The notes: generated by a model from the sequence alone, not told the origin. A stretch of DNA of 64,000 nucleotides from Saprospiraceae bacterium (GCA_040397785.1 JBBAVI010000011.1:12930-76929); one strand, 5' to 3'; positions 9,370 to 19,599 are shown, counted from the first letter of the stretch. Made by a program: numbers and translations.

Positions 9370-10718
9370 ACGCTTTTTTGTGCCATCCACTTCAAAAACA
9401 CCGCTTCCACTTCCGGTCCATCCCACTGTGCTTCAACATCATTTATCGCTAGAATCTCCTCAAACAACTGGTTTTGGGCATCCTCCTCCTGCAAAGCAAG
9501 GTGGTAAGGTGTGTTGGAAAAGGAAACCATCGTGTACACGGGTATAAACTCCGGGTATTTCGCATGCAAGTGTGCCGCAATTTTTTTCCGTAAAAGGAAT
9601 TTGGGATCGCCCACTAAATCGCGCATTTCAATAAAATTGCGCAAAGCCAGGGCTGCAATCGCATCGCCATCGGGTTTGCGTCGCTTGGCAAATGCCGGAA
9701 TGATCGTTGACCAATCTCCGTCCATTTCATCGTACATCGCATCCAGGATGGTACAATCCTCAAAACCAGCATTCATCCCCTGCCCATAAAAAGGTACAAT
9801 GGCATGGGCCGAATCGCCCAACAACAAAATCCGACCTTGCCATTGCCATGGATTGCACTGCACGGTCGCCAGCGAAGAAGTTGGATTTTTTCGAAAATCT
9901 TCCAATAATCCAGGTATCAGGGGCAAAGTATCGGAGAAATATTGCTCAAAAAACGCAGTAACATCGGCATCGCTTTGCAAATGCTCGAACGCCACAGGAC
10001 CTTCAAAAGGTAAAAACAAGGTACAGGTAAAACTGCCATCGGCATTGGGCAACGCAATCATCATAAAATTGCCGCGTGGCCAAATATGCAAGGCGTGCGC
10101 ATCCATCAACTTGCCTTGTTCGGCCGGAATGGTCAATTCCTTGTACCCATGATCCAAATATTGCTGTGCGTAATTAAAACGGTCGGTGCGTTGTAGCGTT
10201 TGCCGAACTGCCGAAAATGCGCCATCCGTGGCAAAAATCAATGGCGCTTCAATGGTTTTAAGTTCGCCCGTTTTTAAATCTTCGAAATGAATGTAGGGCT
10301 GATTTAAATCAACATCCATGCATCGGTGCTCAAAAAAGAATTCTACTTGGGGGAAACTGCTGGCAATGTGCAACAATTCCAGGTTCAAACCACCCCGCGA
10401 GACGGAATAAATCGCCTCACTCGATTTGCCGTAGGCCTGAAACGTAAGGGTTCCATCCACTGCATGCATCATGCGTCCGGGCATTGGGATGGCTACAGGT
10501 TCAATTTTTTCACGAATACCGGCCATATCAATCGCTTTCCAACCGCGCGCACTCATGGCGAGGTTGATCGAGCGCCCGCCTGCGTATCCTTTCGCCCGCA
10601 TGTCTGGTCTACGTTCAAATACTTTTACAGCATACCCGCGGCGCGCGAGGGCTACTGCCCAAAGCGAGCCAACTAATCCAGCGCCTACAATTACGGCTGA
10701 TTTACTTGTTGCATTCAT
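9366..10718 (-). CDS. kmo: FAD-dependent kynurenine 3-monooxygenase
   Basis: 450 aa with an N-terminal FAD-binding GxGxxG (VIVGAGLVGSLWA...KVFERR) and the LLGDSAHAIVPFYGQGMNAGFED motif characteristic of KMO-type flavoprotein hydroxylases. Confidence 0.75.
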   Translation of the reverse strand: MNATSKSAVIVGAGLVGSLWAVALARRGYAVKVFERRPDMRAKGYAGGRSINLAMSARGWKAIDMAGIREKIEPVAIPMPGRMMHAVDGTLTFQAYGKSSEAIYSVSRGGLNLELLHIASSFPQVEFFFEHRCMDVDLNQPYIHFEDLKTGELKTIEAPLIFATDGAFSAVRQTLQRTDRFNYAQQYLDHGYKELTIPAEQGKLMDAHALHIWPRGNFMMIALPNADGSFTCTLFLPFEGPVAFEHLQSDADVTAFFEQYFSDTLPLIPGLLEDFRKNPTSSLATVQCNPWQWQGRILLLGDSAHAIVPFYGQGMNAGFEDCTILDAMYDEMDGDWSTIIPAFAKRRKPDGDAIAALALRNFIEMRDLVGDPKFLLRKKIAAHLHAKYPEFIPVYTMVSFSNTPYHLALQEEDAQNQLFEEILAINDVEAQWDGPEVEAVFLKWMAQKSV

Positions 10719-10722
10719 TTTT

Positions 10723-12027
10723 TTAAAGTTCTCCCGCCAATAGACGAAGTTGTAATTCAGTGATTTTTAGGTTGTACAAGGCCAAATTTCGGCGAAATAA
10801 TGCCTGTTCCAGGGTATTTTGCGCTGTTTGTGTTTCCAAGGCGTTGGTTTGCCCCAGTCGAAAGCGTTCTGTACTCACATTCAGGTTTTCCCGGGCATTG
10901 GTTACATTTTCCTCCTCCAACAAAAGTACTTGCTGCTGGGTTTTGAAAAAGGCCAATTGATTATCCAAAGTCGATTCAATACTCAAACGTTGCGCATCTA
11001 CCCGAATACCCGCTTGTTGTGCTTGCAACTGCGCCGCTTGTACCTGTCTTTTAAAATTGCCGCCACTATACAATGGATACACCAAACTGCCGCCAATGGT
11101 CAAACCTGCTTGGGTATTGCTCCGTTGAAAACCAGAACCATTGTCGGAGCGCAAGGCATTAAATTGACCAATACCATTAACACGTAGTTTATTCAGCGTT
11201 CGGGCTTCATCGGTCAAAAGCGCGGCTACGTCACTGCTTTTTTGCAATGAAAGCATGGTCGGATTTTGGGTTTGAATTTTTTGAAGCAAACTTGTGCGTT
11301 CCGGTGTATAATTATTCACCAGGGTTTCATCTACCTCAAAAGCGGTTTCCGGCACGCGCGCGAGCAACTGATTGAGGGTGCGTTTGGCCGATGAAGTGAC
11401 GTTTTCCTGGTTTAATAAATCAGAACGGCGCTGATTCAGGTCAATACGCGCTTGTAAGGCGTCTGTTTGACCGGAGAAACCCGCAGCCAACCGGGCCTCT
11501 GCAATACGCAAGCGTTCCTGGTTCAGGGTAATTACCTCCGCAAGGGCTTTTTCTTGCTGGCGGCCTCGCACAATATCGTAATAGGCTTGTAGCACATCTG
11601 CCGAGGTTTGCTGCACCTGGCTTTGCAGATTGAGCTGACCTAATGCCTCCTGGGCTTCCAGACGTTGCTTGGTAATAAACATACGCCGACCATCAAAAAG
11701 GGGCCAATTGAGTTGTACCCCCGCACTGGCCGTATTAAATGGCGCACCGAGGGCATTAAATTCGGTGCCATTCGACAGTTTTTGTTGAAAAGTACTGAGG
11801 GTAAAAGTTTCATTAGCAACCAGATTCGCGGTAGGCAGCATGCCCGCGTTGCCTTTGGTATTGTTGGCCTTTGCAATATCCGCATCCGCTTGTACTAATC
11901 GAATGGTAAAGTTATTTTCAAGGGCAATGCGCACGGCCTCCTCGGCGGTAAGCACTGGCGCATTTGTTTGAGCCAATAATAGGCTTGCGCAAAAGGTTAA
12001 AACAAACAAGAGGGACGTTCTATACAT
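10723..12027 (-). CDS. TolC-family outer membrane efflux protein
   Basis: The coiled-coil/beta-barrel repeat pattern is typical of TolC/OprM. The start was moved to the internal Met (MYRTSLLFVLTFCASLLLAQ), which gives a clean signal peptide. The ORF-track start at 12120 adds 31 non-signal residues. Confidence 0.8.
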   Translation of the reverse strand: MYRTSLLFVLTFCASLLLAQTNAPVLTAEEAVRIALENNFTIRLVQADADIAKANNTKGNAGMLPTANLVANETFTLSTFQQKLSNGTEFNALGAPFNTASAGVQLNWPLFDGRRMFITKQRLEAQEALGQLNLQSQVQQTSADVLQAYYDIVRGRQQEKALAEVITLNQERLRIAEARLAAGFSGQTDALQARIDLNQRRSDLLNQENVTSSAKRTLNQLLARVPETAFEVDETLVNNYTPERTSLLQKIQTQNPTMLSLQKSSDVAALLTDEARTLNKLRVNGIGQFNALRSDNGSGFQRSNTQAGLTIGGSLVYPLYSGGNFKRQVQAAQLQAQQAGIRVDAQRLSIESTLDNQLAFFKTQQQVLLLEEENVTNARENLNVSTERFRLGQTNALETQTAQNTLEQALFRRNLALYNLKITELQLRLLAGEL

Positions 12028-12130
12028 CGGTTTTTGATTGTATTCTGCTGATCTGCCCGCAGAGCAGGTGCTTTTTAGTAAACTATTGCAAAAGTACGAT
12101 TCCCTAAACCTGTTGCGCACTCCGATAATA

Positions 12131-12167
12131 TAAAAATCCCGCGCTCCAATACAATGGAACGCGGGAT
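12131..12167 (-). terminator. Rho-independent terminator downstream of fusA
   Basis: A perfect 8-bp GC-rich stem (atcccgcg / cgcgggat) with a 16-nt loop is followed by UUUUUA on the minus strand. Confidence 0.7.
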
Positions 12168-12217
12168 CGCACTTTATACCTTAGAAGCCCGTTAAAAACG
12201 GCTCCATTAAAATCAAC

Positions 12218-14347
12218 TTATTTACCGGCTTTCGATTTCTCAATTACTTGCTTAGCAACTGATTCTGGTGCTGGAGCATACTGGCTAAATTCCATTGTAG
12301 AAGATGCACGGCCAGAAGTGAGGGTACGCAACTGCGTTACATAACCAAACATTTCAGCCAAAGGCACCTCCGCCTGAATCGCAACTGCGCCACCCATCCG
12401 TGTTTCTTGTCCTTTCGGCAAACCACGACGACGGTTCAAGTCACCAATTACTGGACCAACATACTCTTCTGGTGTGATTACCTCCAACTTCATGATCGGT
12501 TCCATGATTTGTGGTTTGCAACTAGGAGCCGCCGCACGGAAGCCCTCTTTTGCACACAATTCAAAGGCAATTGGCTTCGAATCGACTGCGTGCATACCAC
12601 CATCTAATACCCGTACTTTCATGGAGTCGATGTTGTAACCTGCCAAAATACCGTTATTCATCATCTGGGTAAAACCGTCGACGATTGGTTTTTGGTAGTT
12701 TTTATCGATTGCACCACCTACAATCCCCCATTCGAACTGCAATTTTTTCTTGCCATTTTTGTAATCATCTGATTCCAAGAAGGCTTCATCTGCAGGTCCG
12801 AGTGTGAATTCCATATCCGCGAAGAGACCAGAACCACCCGTTTGCTTTTTCAAGCGCTCGCGGTGTTCAACTGTTTTCGTCAACGCCTCTTTGTAATTTA
12901 CTTGTGGCGCACCTTGGTTACATTCAACCTTGAATTCGCGACGCAGACGGTCAACGATGATCTCCAAGTGCAACTCACCCATACCGGAAATAACGGTTTG
13001 GTTGGTTTCTTCGTCATAACGTACGCGGAAGGTTGGATCCTCTTCGGCAAGTTTGTTGAGCGACATACCCAATTTATCCAGGTCTTTTTGTGTTTTTGGC
13101 TCAATCGCCAAACCGATAACCGGCTCAGGGAATACCATACTTTCCAAAACGATCGGATTATCTACGTCACACAGGGTATCTCCGGTGCGAATGTCTTTAA
13201 AGCCTACTGCCGCAGCAATGTCACCCGCTTCTACGCGATCAATCGGGTTTTGCTTGTTTGCGTGCATTTGGTACAAACGGCTAATCCGTTCTTTATCGCC
13301 TGTACGGGTGTTCAATACATAAGAACCGGCTTCCAATTTACCAGAGTAAACGCGGATAAAGCACAAGCGACCTACGAATGGATCCGTTGCAATTTTGAAT
13401 GCCAATGCAGCAAATGGATCATCCACCGATGGCTGACGGGTAATAACCTCATCGTTTTTCGGATTGATACCATTTACGCCATCAATATCAAGTGGAGAAG
13501 GCAGGAAGTAACAAACTGCATCCAAACAAGCCTGAACACCTTTGTTTTTGAATGCAGATCCGCACATTACGGGCGTCATCTTCATATCACAAACAGCAGC
13601 ACGTACCGCAGCACGCATTTCTTCAATAGAGATAGAATCTGGATCGACGAAGAATTTTTCGAGCAATGCATCATCATAAGCAGCCACCTCTTCGATCAAA
13701 ATCTGACGGTTTTCAGCCACGATTTCTTTCAAATCATCTGGAATTGGAATAATATCGAACGACATACCGTGATCTTCTTCTCTCCAAACAATCGCTTGGT
13801 TGGTTACCAAATCCACCACACCACGGAAATTGTGTTCGTTACCAATTGGAACCTGCAAAGGAATCGCATTGGCACCCAATTTCGCTTTCATGTCTTTTAC
13901 ACACATGAAAAAGTCAGAGCCCGCGCGGTCCATTTTGTTAATAAATGCGATACGCGGAACTTTATAGTTATCCGCCAAACGCCAGTTTGTTTCTGATTGT
14001 GGCTCAACACCATCTACCGCAGAGAACAAGAACACCAAACCGTCCAATACACGCAAGGAGCGGTTTACTTCCACCGTAAAGTCAACGTGACCTGGTGTGT
14101 CAATGATGTTAAAGTCATATTTTTGTTCGCCTACCATCCAGGTACACTTGGTAGCCGCAGAAGTAATCGTGATACCACGCTCCTGCTCTTGCTCCATCCA
14201 GTCCATGGTAGCAGCGCCTTCGTGTACTTCACCGATTTTGTGGTTTACACCAGTGTAATAAAGAATACGTTCGGTAGTAGTGGTTTTACCTGCGTCAATG
14301 TGCGCCGCAATACCGATATTTCGGGTAAACCTTAGGTCCGTTGCCAT
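12218..14347 (-). CDS. fusA: Translation elongation factor G
   Basis: 709 aa with the GTPase motifs [17 protein letters not shown] and NKMD. It lies downstream of rpsG in the str operon. Confidence 0.97.
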   Translation of the reverse strand: MATDLRFTRNIGIAAHIDAGKTTTTERILYYTGVNHKIGEVHEGAATMDWMEQEQERGITITSAATKCTWMVGEQKYDFNIIDTPGHVDFTVEVNRSLRVLDGLVFLFSAVDGVEPQSETNWRLADNYKVPRIAFINKMDRAGSDFFMCVKDMKAKLGANAIPLQVPIGNEHNFRGVVDLVTNQAIVWREEDHGMSFDIIPIPDDLKEIVAENRQILIEEVAAYDDALLEKFFVDPDSISIEEMRAAVRAAVCDMKMTPVMCGSAFKNKGVQACLDAVCYFLPSPLDIDGVNGINPKNDEVITRQPSVDDPFAALAFKIATDPFVGRLCFIRVYSGKLEAGSYVLNTRTGDKERISRLYQMHANKQNPIDRVEAGDIAAAVGFKDIRTGDTLCDVDNPIVLESMVFPEPVIGLAIEPKTQKDLDKLGMSLNKLAEEDPTFRVRYDEETNQTVISGMGELHLEIIVDRLRREFKVECNQGAPQVNYKEALTKTVEHRERLKKQTGGSGLFADMEFTLGPADEAFLESDDYKNGKKKLQFEWGIVGGAIDKNYQKPIVDGFTQMMNNGILAGYNIDSMKVRVLDGGMHAVDSKPIAFELCAKEGFRAAAPSCKPQIMEPIMKLEVITPEEYVGPVIGDLNRRRGLPKGQETRMGGAVAIQAEVPLAEMFGYVTQLRTLTSGRASSTMEFSQYAPAPESVAKQVIEKSKAGK

Positions 14348-14639
14348 AACTTTGTTGTTACGTTATGAGTTAAGAGTGATGTGTTTAGAAAAAAGAGGAT
14401 GGGCCTTGGGGCTTTATCTAAAAACATTTTATTACGGCATGCAATAAAATGTACTCTTGCTGAATTTGAATTTAACGAAACGCCGTATTGGTTTTTGATA
14501 GTTTTGTAAAATAAAAACACGTTTTGATTTTACAAGCCCATAAAAACACCAAAACCGCCGAAAATTGTCGGGTGTCAGCAAACTTGCACAGCACCAGGCA
14601 ATTTTCGACGGTATAGTTTTCGTCGCATCGTTCCGTCGG

Positions 14640-15107
14640 TTAAGCGCGGTAGTGTGCAAACGCGCGGTTTGCTTCTGCCATTTTGTGCGTGTCCTCACGC
14701 TTCTTAACAGCACTGCCTTCCCCTTTACTTGCGGCAATAATTTCTGCTGCAAGTTTCTCGGACATACCTTTACCGCTACGGGCGCGTGCATATTTGATTA
14801 GCCATTTCATTCCAATTGAAATCTTGCGGTTTGCAGGAAGTTCAGTCGGAATTTGGAACGTGGCGCCACCAATACGGCGGCTGCGCACCTCAACTTGTGG
14901 CATAACGTTGTTCAACGCTTTTTTCCAAATTTGCAACTCGTCCTCGTTCGTGCGGTTCTTTACGATATCCAAAGAATCGTAAAAGAGACCAAATGCAACG
15001 CTCTTCTTGCCGTCCCACATTAAGTTATTTACGAAACGTGTTACCATCGTATCGTTATAACGGGGATCTGCGGCCAATACTCGAGGTTTCGGTTTGTGTT
15101 TACGCAT
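14640..15107 (-). CDS. rpsG: 30S ribosomal protein S7
   Basis: 155 aa, strongly S7-like (MRKHKPKPRV...NNLMWDGKKS...VEVRSRRIGGATFQIP). Confidence 0.97.
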   Translation of the reverse strand: MRKHKPKPRVLAADPRYNDTMVTRFVNNLMWDGKKSVAFGLFYDSLDIVKNRTNEDELQIWKKALNNVMPQVEVRSRRIGGATFQIPTELPANRKISIGMKWLIKYARARSGKGMSEKLAAEIIAASKGEGSAVKKREDTHKMAEANRAFAHYRA

Positions 15108-15113
15108 TGTATA

Positions 15114-15141
15114 TTAATGATGAATGATTAATGATGAATGA
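15114..15141. repeat. Perfect 14-nt tandem duplication (ttaatgatgaatga x2, plus partial third copy) in the rpsL-rpsG spacer
   Basis: Read directly. Copies lie at 15114-15127 and 15128-15141, beginning 7 nt upstream of the rpsG ATG. Confidence 0.8.
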
Positions 15142-15232
15142 TGAATTCCTGAAAAATCAGGCCAATGGATGCCGTTTGCCGAACCATAAGTTCTACGCAA
15201 ACCATGCAAATCCATCATGCACCATTGCAAAA

Positions 15233-15607
15233 TTATTTCTTCGGACGCTTAGAACCGTATTTAGAACGGCTCTTTTTGCGGTTGTTTACACCAGCAGTAT
15301 CCAGTGCTCCACGTACAATGGTGTAACGTACACCCGGAAGATCTTTTACACGACCACCCCGTACAAGCACAATGGAGTGCTCCTGGAGGTTGTGACCTTC
15401 ACCCGGAATGTAGCAAATCACCTCAATACCGTTCACCAAACGAACCTTAGCAACTTTGCGCAACGCAGAGTTCGGTTTTTTTGGTGTAGTAGTGTATACA
15501 CGGGTGCACACACCGCGCTTCTGTGGGCATGCGTTCAAAGCACGGCTCTTGCTCTTGTATTCAACTTTCTCGCGGCCCTGACGGACCATCTGATTAATCG
15601 TTGGCAT
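15233..15607 (-). CDS. rpsL: 30S ribosomal protein S12
   Basis: 124 aa: [14 protein letters not shown]...[16 protein letters not shown]...[14 protein letters not shown]. Confidence 0.97.
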   Translation of the reverse strand: MPTINQMVRQGREKVEYKSKSRALNACPQKRGVCTRVYTTTPKKPNSALRKVAKVRLVNGIEVICYIPGEGHNLQEHSIVLVRGGRVKDLPGVRYTIVRGALDTAGVNNRKKSRSKYGSKRPKK

Positions 15608-15692
15608 AAATGCGTATGATCAAAAATGTTATAACTTGTTCAAAATCAACGGAAAAATGGCATTTTATTGCCCGCTCTCCGAAAAGCGAACG

Positions 15693-15700
15693 CAAAGATA
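15693..15700 (-). promoter_or_regulatory. Candidate Bacteroidota -7 promoter box TATCTTTG for the str operon
   Basis: Matches the TAnnTTTG consensus on the minus strand, 85 nt upstream of the rpsL ATG. Confidence 0.4.
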
Positions 15701-16000
15701 CTTGAATATCGATGAAAAAACCAAGCTCGTTTGAAAAATTATAAAAAAAGAGTGCAGTTCTTGTAAATCTACCCAAATTAAATTAAACCCAATTCCTTCC
15801 AATTTCCAATTGCGCACCCATTCCGCTCAATTTCTATTGCTTTACCCCTACGGCGCAATGTACAAAAGGAATTTGGTTAAGAAAAATATAAATGCCTTAA
15901 TAAAGTGTTAATGAATGAGGCTGTTTATGAACTGGCACAAGATTCGTACGTATAAAGAATAGTAACCGATTTTTAATTTTCAATCAAACACTATCTACCC

Positions 16001-17173
16001 ATGTGGTACCTGAAATCATTGCTCCCAATTGCATTATTAATCCCCGCTTTAATCCCCGCTCAGGAATTCAATGCCGCCGCTCCCAATACCATGGTGCGCA
16101 CCCACGGATTTGTATTTGACCAAGTATCAGGTGCCCCGCTTAGCCAAGTGAAGGTGACCTTGTTCGATGAAATGCTTAAAAAAGCAGTAAGCCAGGCAGA
16201 AACGGACGTAAATGGCAATTTTACCATGAACGCGCCTGCCGTCTCGCGCTATAAAGTACTGGCTGAAAAACCTACCTTCTTCGACAAAGAATTTGTTTTT
16301 GACGTAATTGATGCCCGTGCACCATTGAACCTCGGACTCGAGCGCAAGCCCGGTTATGTATTCGATATCACCATTTTTGATAAGGCCTTCGACCACAACC
16401 CAATCAATACACTGCGCGATTGTAAGGTGGAAATTTACAATAATACCACCCAACAACAGGAACTGGCCATCGAACGCCTGCCAAAATCAACGTTCAACTT
16501 CTCTTTTGCTGAAGGAAATCATTATACGGTGCTTGTTCGAAAGCCCGGCTACCTCAACCGCCGGATCGAAGTGTACGTTAATATCAATGGCTGTATCCTT
16601 TGCGTAGATGGCATGGGTATCAAAGAACCCGATTTGGTGCCGCTCATGACCAAACGCAATGAAGTAGGCTATTTTCTCGGTACGATCGACCTCGATTCTA
16701 TCCAAATTGGAAAGCGCTTCCAACTCAACAACATTTATTACGATTTTGATAAATGGGATCTGCGGCCAGAAGCCACAACGACCCTCGACAAACTTTCCGT
16801 GTTTTTAAAGGATAATGCAGGAATCAAAGTCGAATTAGGCTCACACACTGATGCTCGAGGTGCTGATGAATACAACCTGACGCTTTCCGACAAACGCGCA
16901 AAGTCTTGTGTCGATTACCTCGTGTCTAACCAAGGTATTCATGCCGATAATATTACCTGGAAAGGATATGGCGAAACCCAATTGCTGAATCCTTGCACCA
17001 ATTGCTCGGAAGCAGCCCACCAAATGAACCGACGAACCGAAATCAAAATCATCGGCCTTATTCAGGATCCACTGTGGTTCAAAAGCCTTAAGCAGATTAT
17101 TGAGGATAAAGATTTGTACCGCAAAATTATCCAACAGGAAAAACAACGCTCCTTCAACGCTAAAACGAAATAA
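16001..17173 (+). CDS. OmpA-family peptidoglycan-associated protein with N-terminal carboxypeptidase-regulatory-like beta-sandwich domains
   Basis: 390 aa with a signal peptide. The C-terminal OmpA_C motif reads NIYYDFDKWDLRPEA...LGSHTDARGADEYNLTLSDKRAKS...NRRTEIKI. Confidence 0.8.
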   Translation: MWYLKSLLPIALLIPALIPAQEFNAAAPNTMVRTHGFVFDQVSGAPLSQVKVTLFDEMLKKAVSQAETDVNGNFTMNAPAVSRYKVLAEKPTFFDKEFVFDVIDARAPLNLGLERKPGYVFDITIFDKAFDHNPINTLRDCKVEIYNNTTQQQELAIERLPKSTFNFSFAEGNHYTVLVRKPGYLNRRIEVYVNINGCILCVDGMGIKEPDLVPLMTKRNEVGYFLGTIDLDSIQIGKRFQLNNIYYDFDKWDLRPEATTTLDKLSVFLKDNAGIKVELGSHTDARGADEYNLTLSDKRAKSCVDYLVSNQGIHADNITWKGYGETQLLNPCTNCSEAAHQMNRRTEIKIIGLIQDPLWFKSLKQIIEDKDLYRKIIQQEKQRSFNAKTK

Positions 17174-17247
17174 AGGGAGCGCACTATAGCTTTCAATAAA
17201 TTTTAATCCATCCCGCTTTAATCCATTTTCTCACACCTGGATAATCC

Positions 17248-17910
17248 ATGATTTTTCACATGAAACAAGTTAATTTCTGGCTTAGTCTCGCAATCGCGAT
17301 GGCCGCCAACCACACAAACGCCCAAAACCTGATTAAAGGCGCTGGAACCGATGCCCAATTTGCCAACACCACGGTAGTTTTTAAGGATAGTACAGCCTCC
17401 GACCTGGATGTACTCAATCAGTTAAACAACAGCGACCTGGGGATTGGCGATGTAGTGCGTATCACAACACCACCGCCTGCTGCCAAAACTACCGCACCGA
17501 TTGCCGTGAAAAGAGCGGCCAATGTGAACGTACCCGCAGTTACACGCAAGCCCGACACGAAGCTGGCAAACAATACAGGTATGGTGGCATCTACCGACAA
17601 TCCTGTTTTGATGTTGGCAACGATTACCAATGCACCAAAAGTTCAACCAAGCAATCTGCGCCCTACAAAAACGACTACGACGGTGATAACACCGCGCATC
17701 ACACCCGCTTTGGTGGAGAATGACCGAGATAAAACCTCAAGTGTCAAAAGCCAAACTACTTATGCAGCCGCTAAATCGACTAAATCGGGCAAATCATTGC
17801 GATCGGCAAAAAGTGTAAAGAAGAGCCATAAAAAGGCTGCGCAACGCCACAATACGCCACGTAAGTACAAAGCGCGCGGTAAACAACGCTACGACTGTTA
17901 CCAGTTTTAA
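17248..17910 (+). CDS. Hypothetical secreted protein, Thr/Ala/Pro-rich with very basic C-terminal tail
   Basis: 220-aa ORF with a signal-like sequence (VNFWLSLAIAMAANHTNAQ), a low-complexity middle and a K/R-rich end. I recognise no family. The true start may be the Met at 17260. Confidence 0.45.
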   Translation: MIFHMKQVNFWLSLAIAMAANHTNAQNLIKGAGTDAQFANTTVVFKDSTASDLDVLNQLNNSDLGIGDVVRITTPPPAAKTTAPIAVKRAANVNVPAVTRKPDTKLANNTGMVASTDNPVLMLATITNAPKVQPSNLRPTKTTTTVITPRITPALVENDRDKTSSVKSQTTYAAAKSTKSGKSLRSAKSVKKSHKKAAQRHNTPRKYKARGKQRYDCYQF

Positions 17911-18971
17911 AAGAAGTCGCGCAGGTTGGTGCCAATGCCAACATGAACCACGCCACCTGCCAAATGATACGATGCATAGCCTACATCCACCCGAAAACGA
18001 CTGATACGCATACCTATTCCGCCCGAAAAGCCCGCTAGGCTGCGATAGTTACGCACGGTGAGTTCTTTTTTGCGCAAATGGTTGTAGCCTACACGAATGC
18101 GAAAACCTTCATTTCGGCCTAATAAAAATTCGCCATTAAATATCAGGTGGCGAAAAAAGTTGTCCACAGCATTGTTTCCGTTGCCGCCTTCGGTTTCATC
18201 TCCGCCGAATAACAATACATCGTCGGTTTGTGCATTCGGGTCATTGTATCGTATGTTCCACGATTGCAAATGATGCGCAATGATGCTCAGGCGGAAAGGC
18301 AGGTAACGCAACCGTTTGCTGACACCCACTTGGATGTCAAAGGGCAAATCTTCTCGAATGCCATTGTAGGTTGACAATTGAGTACCAGCGTTGCGCACCA
18401 CCAGTGCAGCGGCAAAACGACGCGCGGTGTCGGCGTACATTATGCCCGCATCGGCTGTAAGTGCCGAAGCCTTGTAAATATCAAGGGTTGAAAAGCCAAC
18501 TCGGGCGTTGAGTCCAATAGAAAGTCTTGGACCCAGCGCCCGGGCGGCACCCAGCGTAAAAGCGGTTTCAGAAGCGACTACTTTGCCCGTAATATTGCCT
18601 TGTGCGTCCGCCTGTTTGATATCGCCATAGTTCATATATTGGATGCCTCCATGCATGGTAAACCCTATTTTAGGCATTTGCCAGGCATATGCAGCATACC
18701 CATGTTGGATATCTGTAAGGAAAAAATTGTGGTTGAAGGCCAAACGACCGCTCATGGATGCATTCAGGGCCGCCGGATTGAGTGCAGCCAGCGCCAAATC
18801 GTCGTCTTTGATGGTAATTGCCAGTCCGCCCAAGGCCGTTGCACGGGCCGATGGCGACAAAGACAAATATTTAAACACGGTTTGTCCACCCGTCACTTGG
18901 GCAAGTAAAGCAGATTTGCCCGGCGCAAAGCAGCACAGCAGCGAAATGGCAAGCGGTAGAAAGTTCTTCAT
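17907..18971 (-). CDS. porQ: Type IX secretion system outer-membrane protein, PorQ family
   Basis: 354 aa with a signal peptide followed by GGQTVFKYLSLSPSARATALGG...LNPAALN. I recall this as the PorQ-family N-terminal signature. The remainder is beta-barrel-like. Confidence 0.6.
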   Translation of the reverse strand: MKNFLPLAISLLCCFAPGKSALLAQVTGGQTVFKYLSLSPSARATALGGLAITIKDDDLALAALNPAALNASMSGRLAFNHNFFLTDIQHGYAAYAWQMPKIGFTMHGGIQYMNYGDIKQADAQGNITGKVVASETAFTLGAARALGPRLSIGLNARVGFSTLDIYKASALTADAGIMYADTARRFAAALVVRNAGTQLSTYNGIREDLPFDIQVGVSKRLRYLPFRLSIIAHHLQSWNIRYNDPNAQTDDVLLFGGDETEGGNGNNAVDNFFRHLIFNGEFLLGRNEGFRIRVGYNHLRKKELTVRNYRSLAGFSGGIGMRISRFRVDVGYASYHLAGGVVHVGIGTNLRDFF

Positions 18972-18981
18972 GTTTTGTTAT

Positions 18982-19599
18982 TTACTCTTTTTTCCATTGG
19001 GTTGTACATCGGCCAGCCTTGCAATCTGCAACTCGAATCAACTCTCCTTTTTCGTCGTACTCTTTTAGCACGCCTTCTTCCAAAGGGAAATCATCGCCTG
19101 GAATATAATTACCTTCCGTTTTCAAGACACCATTTTCGTAATACTCCAGGAAAGGGCCGTACTCATCGTTGTCTTTGAGGGTCACCTTTTCCTTTAAATT
19201 GCCATTCGGGTAATACGAAAGGCTTAAACCTTGCAAGGCACCCTGCACAAATGTTTGTTCAATATGCAACTGACCATCTTGGTAATACTGCTCATATTTA
19301 CCGTGGTAAGTTCCATTGTTGAAGTGTTCTACGCTTTCGAGGGATTCATTTGGGTAATAATACTTTCGAAAGCCATGTAACGTGTCATTGGCATATTCGG
19401 CCTCCTCCACGAGGTTGCCATTTTCTCCAAATCGTTGATACAGGCCGTCTTTGGCAAAATCTTTTTTTCGGCGCTCATAACGAATCGTTCGGCCTTGCGC
19501 ATCCTTGGCATCAACGGTTTCGTGACGGGATGTGCAGCCGCACCATGCCAGGGCACTAATCAGGTATAGGCAAAAAGGGAAAGAACGTACATTTAGCAT
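18982..19599 (-). CDS. MORN-variant repeat lipoprotein (YwqK-like antitoxin/immunity family)
   Basis: 205 aa with a lipobox-like signal (ALAWCGC). It has repeated Y-x-N-G-x-L/K-x-E-G-x-Y units (YYPNGNLKEKVTL, YYENGVLKTEGNY, YYQDGQLHIEQTF). Confidence 0.7.
   Translation of the reverse strand: MLNVRSFPFCLYLISALAWCGCTSRHETVDAKDAQGRTIRYERRKKDFAKDGLYQRFGENGNLVEEAEYANDTLHGFRKYYYPNESLESVEHFNNGTYHGKYEQYYQDGQLHIEQTFVQGALQGLSLSYYPNGNLKEKVTLKDNDEYGPFLEYYENGVLKTEGNYIPGDDFPLEEGVLKEYDEKGELIRVADCKAGRCTTQWKKE

Noticed and set aside
10723-12120. Long N-terminal extensions in the ORF track for tolC, the OmpR regulator, the first thioredoxin-like gene, acpP, fabF, rimP, infB, rfbA, the 43.5-kb gene, the NQO gene and the LuxR regulator
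   Set aside because: In each case an internal Met gives the canonical N-terminus or a clean signal peptide. The upstream residues look like translated intergenic DNA. Starts were moved accordingly.
12842-13996. 384-aa plus-strand ORF antisense to fusA
   Set aside because: It lies entirely within a strongly supported EF-G gene. The translation is low-complexity and Phe/Asn/Ile-rich, with no recognisable motifs. Long stop-free antisense frames are a known by-product of codon bias in highly expressed genes.
14332-14791. 62-aa and 119-aa minus-strand ORFs in and around the rpsG-fusA spacer
   Set aside because: They overlap the fusA start or the rpsG coding region out of frame. Their translations are featureless. 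The spacer is treated as non-coding.
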